Positions 16,559 to 22,271 of a stretch of 22,271 nt of DNA are shown here, piece by piece. The stretch is from Candidatus Eiseniibacteriota bacterium (lineage in GTDB: Bacteria; ARS69), in the NCBI GenBank assembly GCA_052390515.1, contig JBQTGV010000189.1:1-22271 (forward strand), written 5' to 3'. The notes beneath the pieces are model-generated. The model ran no database searches. It was not told the origin of the DNA and saw only the letters and a program-made list of their open reading frames with translations. Position 1 is the first letter of the stretch. Each line of letters starts with the position of its first letter. A program made the translations under genes and the position numbers.

Positions 16559-18811
16559 CTAGAACCGGACCTCCACGCCCACCGACGGAATGCCCGGGAT
16601 CCCGGTGCGCGTGATCCGCTCGGGAACGCGGTCTCCGTCGCGGTCGGCGAAGCGCCACGCGTACCACAGCACGTTCTCGTGGTTCGTCAGGTTGAGCCCT
16701 TCCGCGTAGGCGGTCATCTCCCAGCCGTTGAACCGGAAGTGCCGGCGCACCCGCACGTCGATGCGATGGTAGGCGGGCAGGCGCTCACCGTTGGGGCTGC
16801 CCTCTTCCAGGACCCACTGTCGGGAGAGACCGTCCCGGCTCCACGACTGCTCCGTGTAAGGCGTGCCGGAGTGGAACGAGTACGCCATCCCCAGGTCCCA
16901 GCCGGGAGAGAAGGCAAACGTGTTCGTCAACGAGAAGGCGTGCAGGCGGTCGAAGTCGCGGGAGAAGGTGACGCCGTCGGTGCCCCACTCGGACCGGCCG
17001 AGCGTGTAGGAGAACCACCAGTTCTCCGACGCCGTCTTGCGGTGTACGAAGGCCTCGACCCCGTGAGCCCGCCCCTCGCGCACGACGTGCCGTTCCACGA
17101 CGGCGCCCATCGTCCGGGTCACGACCCCGTCGAGCGCGGTGAAGCTCTTGTCCCACCCGTCGACGCCGACGCGCAGCGCGCCGGCCGTCCGCTCGACCCC
17201 GACGACCCGGTGCACCGCGCGATTGTGGCGCGCGCTGCGCACCTGCACCTCCTCCTCGAGATCGATCTCCGTCTTCGGTGCCTGGCCGTACACGCCCCAC
17301 GCCCCGTGCAGGGCGAAGCCTCGACCGAGCTGCCACGCTGCCGACGCCCGCGGATCGACCGTCATCTTCCCCGCGCCGGTCGCCCGTGTTGCGCGGAGCC
17401 CCGCGCTCGCCTCCACCGATGGCATGATCCTCCACGCATCCTGCACGAACAGAGAGGAGCGTACGCGATCGAAGCGGCCGCTCTCGGTGTGGTCCGTCAG
17501 CGTCCGCGCTTCGCCCGTGGCCGACACGACGACGACCTCGTCCGCGTGGTACCGGAAGGATCCCGTCTCGCGCTCCGCGGAGCCGCCGACCGTCAGGAGG
17601 TGCCCGCCGCCCGGATCCACCGCGGCTTCCAGCCTCGCGCCGACCCGTTCGACGTCCTGATCGTCGCGGTCCCCGATCATCACGTCCCGCGCCTGGATCG
17701 ACCGCGCCCAGTGCAGCGTGCCGTCGAGGTGCACTCCCGCCGCAGCAGCGCCGGCCGTCGCCCACGCGTAGTGGTCGACGTAGTCCGAGTTCACCGTATG
17801 CTGCTCGATGCCCTCGTCGTAGAACACGTGATCCTCGGATCGCAGGTAGTTGACCGAGAGCCGCCGTCCCGAATCCCCGCGGAGCACGCCGCGCAGCAGC
17901 AGGTCGCGGTAGGCCGACTCGACGGAGAGGTCGTCGCGCAGCGCGCGGAGGACGCGGTCCAGGTAGCCTTCCCGGACCGACGCCATCCAAGAAGCGCGCT
18001 CGTCGTGACGCTCCACGAAGGCGCGGCTGGACACGGCGTCGACGCCGACGGTGCCGTGCGTTCCGGGCCGACCTCCGTCCCGCAGCCGGACGTCGATGAC
18101 GCCGGAGAGCTTGTCCCCGAACCTCGCGGGGAAGCCGCCGGGGTACACATCCAGCTGCTCGACCGCGGCGAACGGCACGACGCCGGTGATGCCGCCGTAG
18201 TCACGCCCGTGGAAGAGCTGGCGAAGCTCGACGCCGTCGACCCGGACGAGCGTCTCGTCGGTATCCCCACCTCGGACGTGGAACTCCGCTCCGGCCTCGT
18301 CGGCGGTGACACCCGGAAGAACCCGGACCATCCGGAACGCGTCGTCCGCCGGGTTCGGGAGGGGCCGCCCCTCCTCGGCGAGCAGCGTTCTGCGCGCCTC
18401 CCCGATCCGCTCGCGCTCGAGGTCTCGCTCGGCGGTCACCTCCACCGGCGCCACCTCGTACAGCCGCGAATGCAGCAGGATCGTGACGCGGGTCGTTTCG
18501 CCGGAGCGGAGCTCCACGCGAAGGGGCGCGGACTCCTCGTAGGCCACGTGCGTCGCGCGAACCGTCCACGAGCCGGGCGTCACGCCGTCGAGCCGGAGCA
18601 CGCCGTCTCCGGAGGTGGCCAGCGCGGCCGCCGGCGGGGCGCCGAGCACCGTGGCGAACGGGATTCCACGGCCGGTGCCGGCATCCACGACGGATAGCTC
18701 GAGCGTGCCGCCGGGCGTACCCGCGCCCGACGCCGCAGCGACCTCGCTCGCGAAGGAGCCGAGTCCGCCGAGTACGAGCACGATGGGGGCGAAGAGGTTA
18801 GCCGGCCTCAA
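16559..18811 (-). CDS. TonB-dependent outer-membrane receptor with N-terminal carboxypeptidase-regulatory-like domain
   Basis: Signal peptide; plug motifs LPGV, VRGG...VDGV, GGFPARFGDKLSGVIDV; DPRAS; RLPAYHRIDVR; NLTNHEN; C-terminal Phe. Confidence 0.93.
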   Translation of the reverse strand: MRPANLFAPIVLVLGGLGSFASEVAAASGAGTPGGTLELSVVDAGTGRGIPFATVLGAPPAAALATSGDGVLRLDGVTPGSWTVRATHVAYEESAPLRVELRSGETTRVTILLHSRLYEVAPVEVTAERDLERERIGEARRTLLAEEGRPLPNPADDAFRMVRVLPGVTADEAGAEFHVRGGDTDETLVRVDGVELRQLFHGRDYGGITGVVPFAAVEQLDVYPGGFPARFGDKLSGVIDVRLRDGGRPGTHGTVGVDAVSSRAFVERHDERASWMASVREGYLDRVLRALRDDLSVESAYRDLLLRGVLRGDSGRRLSVNYLRSEDHVFYDEGIEQHTVNSDYVDHYAWATAGAAAAGVHLDGTLHWARSIQARDVMIGDRDDQDVERVGARLEAAVDPGGGHLLTVGGSAERETGSFRYHADEVVVVSATGEARTLTDHTESGRFDRVRSSLFVQDAWRIMPSVEASAGLRATRATGAGKMTVDPRASAAWQLGRGFALHGAWGVYGQAPKTEIDLEEEVQVRSARHNRAVHRVVGVERTAGALRVGVDGWDKSFTALDGVVTRTMGAVVERHVVREGRAHGVEAFVHRKTASENWWFSYTLGRSEWGTDGVTFSRDFDRLHAFSLTNTFAFSPGWDLGMAYSFHSGTPYTEQSWSRDGLSRQWVLEEGSPNGERLPAYHRIDVRVRRHFRFNGWEMTAYAEGLNLTNHENVLWYAWRFADRDGDRVPERITRTGIPGIPSVGVEVRF

Positions 18812-19058
18812 GGGTCGTGTGGGTCTCGGGTGAGCTCGCTGTTCAGAAACTGGGCTGCGCGAAACCAGACGGAGATTCTAGCAGATTCGCACAGCCGGGC
18901 GATGTCCCACGGGCGGTTGCGGGCCGCTCGGCGAGAGCGGCGGCCCCGGTCACGGCCGGCAAGCTTCGCCAAGAATGCGCAACTCCCCGTCCGCTCAAGC
19001 CGAACGCATGCGCATCCGTAAAGAGACGAGGGAGAGACTCACCGCGCGCGGGAGCCCC

Positions 19059-19373
19059 ATGTCCGTCGAAGACTTCCGGATCAACGCCGGCGTCCGACAG
19101 GTGCTGAGCAGCAACTGGGTGGACCTGCAGGTCCTGAACTTCGGGGCCGCCGGCCGCATCGTCTACTTCCACGGCCGGTTCCAGAAGGTCCGGGCGGCAC
19201 CCCGCCCCGGCGAGGGCGTGAAAGGAAAGAGCCCGGAGCAAAGCGCCGCGGAGAGCCTGGCTCTCCTCGAGAGCGTGGAGGAGCAGCTGCGAGGGGACCC
19301 GCAGGTCATCGACGTCGTCTTCCGGCTCGACAACTTCAAGAAGGTCCACGGCAAGTGGACCGTGGCGGCGTGA
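19059..19373 (+). CDS. Small hypothetical protein (104 aa), possibly BON-like fold
   Basis: GGAG RBS and strong GC3 bias; helix-strand-strand-helix-strand pattern (INAGVRQVL, VYFHGRF, VEEQLRGDPQVIDVVFRL). Confidence 0.7.
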   Translation: MSVEDFRINAGVRQVLSSNWVDLQVLNFGAAGRIVYFHGRFQKVRAAPRPGEGVKGKSPEQSAAESLALLESVEEQLRGDPQVIDVVFRLDNFKKVHGKWTVAA

Positions 19374-19377
19374 GGCG

Positions 19378-20703
19378 ATGAGCACGAACCTCTTGCATCC
19401 CGATCAGGTCGCGCTGCTCCGCGAGGATCTCCGCCGCGCGCTCGACGAGCACCCGGGTTGGGTGGACTTGTGGAACGCCCGTGGCCTGCTGCACGCCTTC
19501 GAGGGCGAGCTCGAGGCCGCCCGCCTCGCGTTCCACGAAGCCGTGTCGCGGGCGGAGCGCTACCAGCTGGCCCGCTGGAACGCGGCCTGGGTGGACCTGC
19601 TGCTCGGTCGGAAGGACGCGCCGGCGTTCGACGCCGGTCGCGACACCCGCGACCTCCCGCAGCCGGGCATCCTCCTGCACGTGGTGACGCGCCTGCTGGC
19701 CAACCGTCCTCCCGACCCGGAGTCCACACCGGAGAACTCCTCGATCTGCTTCGCGCTTGCGGCCGCGTTCGCCGCCCGGCGGGAGGAGATCCCCGCTCGC
19801 CGCATGATCGGCCGGCTCGGCGCCAGCGACCCGCGACTGCCGGAGCTGCTCATGATCGCAGGCCTCGGCACGCGCGAGCGCCCGGACCTGGCTCGGCTCG
19901 CCGAGCTGGGGAGCCCGCGCATGCTGAATCCGGGCTACGCGGACCTCTTCGCCCGCGCCGCGGCCACCGAGGCGGCGTCCGGCCGCGAGGAAGACGCTCT
20001 CCGCCTCTGTGCGCTCGCCGCTCTGCTGCGCGGGAACCGCGCCTACTTCCTCGTGCGTCGCGCCGAGATCCGCGGAAGGTCGGGACGGTCCGACGAGGTT
20101 CTCGCCGACCTGCGCGAGGCCGCCGCGGTCGACCCGACCTGGTATGCGCCGCATGCCGCGCTGGCCTACGAGCTGTCCGGACGCGGCTCACGGGACGAGG
20201 CGCTCGGCCACGCGGAGATCACCACGCGCCTCGAGCCGTACTACGCGGACCTGCTGTACCAGCACGGCCTTCTGCTGCACGCCGCCTCGCGCGACGAGGA
20301 CGCCCGGGGCATGATGACGGCCGCACTGCGCATCAATCCGCGGTACCACGTGTCGCGGGTCGCGCTGGCCAACCTGCTGTTCGAGGCCGGCCGCGAGCGC
20401 GAAGCGCTTCCCCACTACGAGAGCGTGCTCGCGGAAGGCATGGGGTCGCCGCTCCTTCTCGGCCGTTTCGGGTACTCGGCCCACGCCGCCGGACACCGGG
20501 CGCGCGCCGAGGAGCTCTTCCTCACGGCGATCTCCCGAGACCGCGACCGCGCCGACGTGCTGTGCCTCTACGGGCTCTTCCTCGCGGAGACGGACCGCAC
20601 CGTGGAAGCGCGAGCCATGTGGGAGCGTGCGCTGGCCGCCGGCCCTCCCCCGGAGCTGCGCGCGCGGATCGAGTCCTTGAAGAGCGGGGCGTCGCCGCGA
20701 TGA
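19378..20703 (+). CDS. Tetratricopeptide-repeat protein
   Basis: Repeated TPR units (HPGWVDLWNARG, NPGYADL, EPYYADLLYQHG, ALRINPRY...LANLL, ARAMWERAL). Confidence 0.88.
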   Translation: MSTNLLHPDQVALLREDLRRALDEHPGWVDLWNARGLLHAFEGELEAARLAFHEAVSRAERYQLARWNAAWVDLLLGRKDAPAFDAGRDTRDLPQPGILLHVVTRLLANRPPDPESTPENSSICFALAAAFAARREEIPARRMIGRLGASDPRLPELLMIAGLGTRERPDLARLAELGSPRMLNPGYADLFARAAATEAASGREEDALRLCALAALLRGNRAYFLVRRAEIRGRSGRSDEVLADLREAAAVDPTWYAPHAALAYELSGRGSRDEALGHAEITTRLEPYYADLLYQHGLLLHAASRDEDARGMMTAALRINPRYHVSRVALANLLFEAGREREALPHYESVLAEGMGSPLLLGRFGYSAHAAGHRARAEELFLTAISRDRDRADVLCLYGLFLAETDRTVEARAMWERALAAGPPPELRARIESLKSGASPR

Positions 20704-21320
20704 AGCAGGAGATGAAGAAGCAGCTCACCGCCTACTACGCCGCTGTCCGCTGCTGCAAGTCCTGCTACGGCGATCGCAGCAGCATCGTCGTCCCCGGCTC
20801 GCACAGCAAGCCGGCCGCGGCGGGAGTCCGCGTTCTGGTCGTCGGAGAGCAGCCGACCCGAGACGGCGACTTCGCCGGGGACACACCCGACCTCGCCACG
20901 CTGACGAGCTTCCTGGACAAGTCCGGCATCGAGCGCCGGGACGTGTACTACACGACCGCCGTGCTGTGCGTGCCGGAGAAGAGCGAGCTTCGCCCCGGTC
21001 GCCCCACGCCTCCGGAGGCGCGCAACTGCGCCGCCCATCTCAAGAGGCTCATCGACCTGCTCCGCCCGCAGGTCATCGTCCCACTGGGGCACACCTCCAT
21101 TCACGCCGTGCAATGGGTGTTCGACTCGTGGCCCGAGCTGCGCCGCTTCATCCTCAACTACGACTGCGGAACGGTGCTGGAGCGAAACGGCGTTGCGGTC
21201 TATCCTCTCTATCACCCGTCGCAGTCGACGTGGAGCGCGAGGCCGCGCTCCCGGCAGCTTCGGGACTGGCAGCGAATCCCGGCGATCCTCGAGTCGCTTC
21301 GGAGCCGCGCCGCTTCCTGA
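20700..21320 (+). CDS. Uracil-DNA glycosylase superfamily protein (Fe-S type, divergent), paralog 2
   Basis: ATGA overlap with the TPR gene; CKSC...VLVVGEQP...VLCVP...RPTPPEARNC...RPQVIVPLG...PLYHPS. Confidence 0.85.
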   Translation: MKQEMKKQLTAYYAAVRCCKSCYGDRSSIVVPGSHSKPAAAGVRVLVVGEQPTRDGDFAGDTPDLATLTSFLDKSGIERRDVYYTTAVLCVPEKSELRPGRPTPPEARNCAAHLKRLIDLLRPQVIVPLGHTSIHAVQWVFDSWPELRRFILNYDCGTVLERNGVAVYPLYHPSQSTWSARPRSRQLRDWQRIPAILESLRSRAAS

Positions 21321-21333
21321 GGGGGACTCGCGA

Positions 21334-22137
21334 ATGTCCCGTCGCCGGCTGCGCGTCGTCGCCCTCGGACTCGGCCCGATCGGTCAGGCCGTCTGCAAGG
21401 AGATCGCGGCGAGCGCCGACCTCGAGCTCGCCGGCGCGGTCGATCCGTCTCCGGCACTGGCCGGTAAGGACCTGGGAACGCTCCTCGGTGTCCGCTCGCT
21501 CTCGGGGCGGCGCGTCGCCCACTCCCTCGACGACCTTCCCGCGCGGAAGATCGACGTGGCGGCGCACCTCGCCGCGTCGCGCTTCGCCTCGGCCCGCCCC
21601 CACCTTCAGGAACTTCTCGGCCGCAGGCTCCCGGTCGTCACCACCTGCGAGGAGATGATCGCCGCGCGCTGGCGGTGGCCGGCCGAGGCGGGCGCGCTCG
21701 ACCGGGCCGCGCGCCGCGCCGGCGTGCCCGTGCTCACCACCGGGGTCAATCCCGGCTTCGTGATGGACCTGCTTCCGTCCGCGCTGGCGAACGTGTGCAT
21801 CCGGGTGGGGCGGGTCCACGTCACCCGCTGGGTGGATACCTCCACGCGGCGGCTCGCGCTTCAGGAGAAGACCGGCGTGGGCCTGCGCCCCGCGGAGTTC
21901 CGGCGCCTGGCCAAGGAGAACCGCGTCGGCCACGTCGGCCTGCGCGACTCCCTGATCTTCCTGATGAACCACCTCCCGCTGGAGGGTCTCGTGGAGGAGG
22001 AGACGATCCGGCCGCTGATCGCGGCGAAGTCGCGCAAGCGCGGCAGGTCGATGCTCCGGCGCGGCGACGTGTCCGGCGTGCACCAGACCGTCGTGGCGCG
22101 CAGCCAGTCCGGCCGGCGCGTCGTCGGCCATGGGTGA
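21334..22137 (+). CDS. NAD(P)H-dependent amine dehydrogenase family protein (Ord/DapB-like N-terminus), probably C-terminally truncated
   Basis: GLGPIG Rossmann motif; VVTTCEE, TGVNPGFVMD, RRLALQEKTGVG, GHVGL. Ends abruptly at RVVGHG*. Confidence 0.8.
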   Translation: MSRRRLRVVALGLGPIGQAVCKEIAASADLELAGAVDPSPALAGKDLGTLLGVRSLSGRRVAHSLDDLPARKIDVAAHLAASRFASARPHLQELLGRRLPVVTTCEEMIAARWRWPAEAGALDRAARRAGVPVLTTGVNPGFVMDLLPSALANVCIRVGRVHVTRWVDTSTRRLALQEKTGVGLRPAEFRRLAKENRVGHVGLRDSLIFLMNHLPLEGLVEEETIRPLIAAKSRKRGRSMLRRGDVSGVHQTVVARSQSGRRVVGHG

Positions 22138-22271
22138 TTGCGGGAAGAGATAGAAGGTGCCATCTGGTGTGTGGACATCGTAGCCGATCGCGCTCAGGGC
22201 GTTGGTCATCCGGTCGCGCTTGCGGCGCAGGTGGTCGAGGTCGATCGAGAGGTGTTCGAGGTCGGCCAGCG
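22120..22271 (-). pseudogene. Fragment of class I/II PLP-dependent aminotransferase (runs off the window; 3' end missing)
   Basis: IDLDHLRRKRDRMTNALSAIGYDVHTPDGTFYLFPQSPMADD matches the aspartate-aminotransferase C-terminal region. The expected PG..FG...R segment is absent and the frame continues as antisense of the Ord-like gene. Confidence 0.65.

Noticed and set aside
14019-18697. Long ORFs 14019..16667 (-) and 16445..18697 (+)
   Set aside because: Antisense shadows of well-supported genes, typical of high-GC DNA, with no recognisable motifs.
18955-19015. sigma54-like TGGC...TTGC and repeated TGCGCA in the divergent intergenic region
   Set aside because: GG-GC spacing is 8 rather than 10 nt, and the repeats are too short to be significant.

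Overview
GC-rich bacterial chromosomal window. Secreted proteins with FlgD-Ig/T9SS-like C-terminal domains and a C-terminal 'SWGxxKxxY' motif suggest an FCB-related candidate phylum such as Eisenbacteria or Krumholzibacteriota (inference). Contents in order: a secreted glycoside-hydrolase-like protein, a beta-CASP MBL ribonuclease, a RelE(Gp49-like)/XRE toxin-antitoxin pair bracketed by a ~58-bp direct repeat with a perfect 14-bp palindrome, a polytopic membrane protein, a cysteine synthase plus rhodanese operon, three secreted proteins, a truncated arylsulfotransferase-like lipoprotein, a small lipoprotein, an RlmD-like methyltransferase, an aldo/keto reductase, two divergent Fe-S uracil-DNA-glycosylase-superfamily paralogs, a TonB-dependent receptor, a TPR protein and an Ord/DapB-like dehydrogenase. 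The best finding is not in the ORF track: a sigma70-type promoter placing an apparently leaderless 25-aa Cys-Ser-Cys leader peptide, with alternative antiterminator/terminator helices, directly upstream of the cysteine synthase operon, i.e. a candidate cysteine-sensing transcription attenuator. Two, possibly three, gene-truncating junctions (~11870, ~22120, possibly ~6120) suggest deletions or assembly chimeras.
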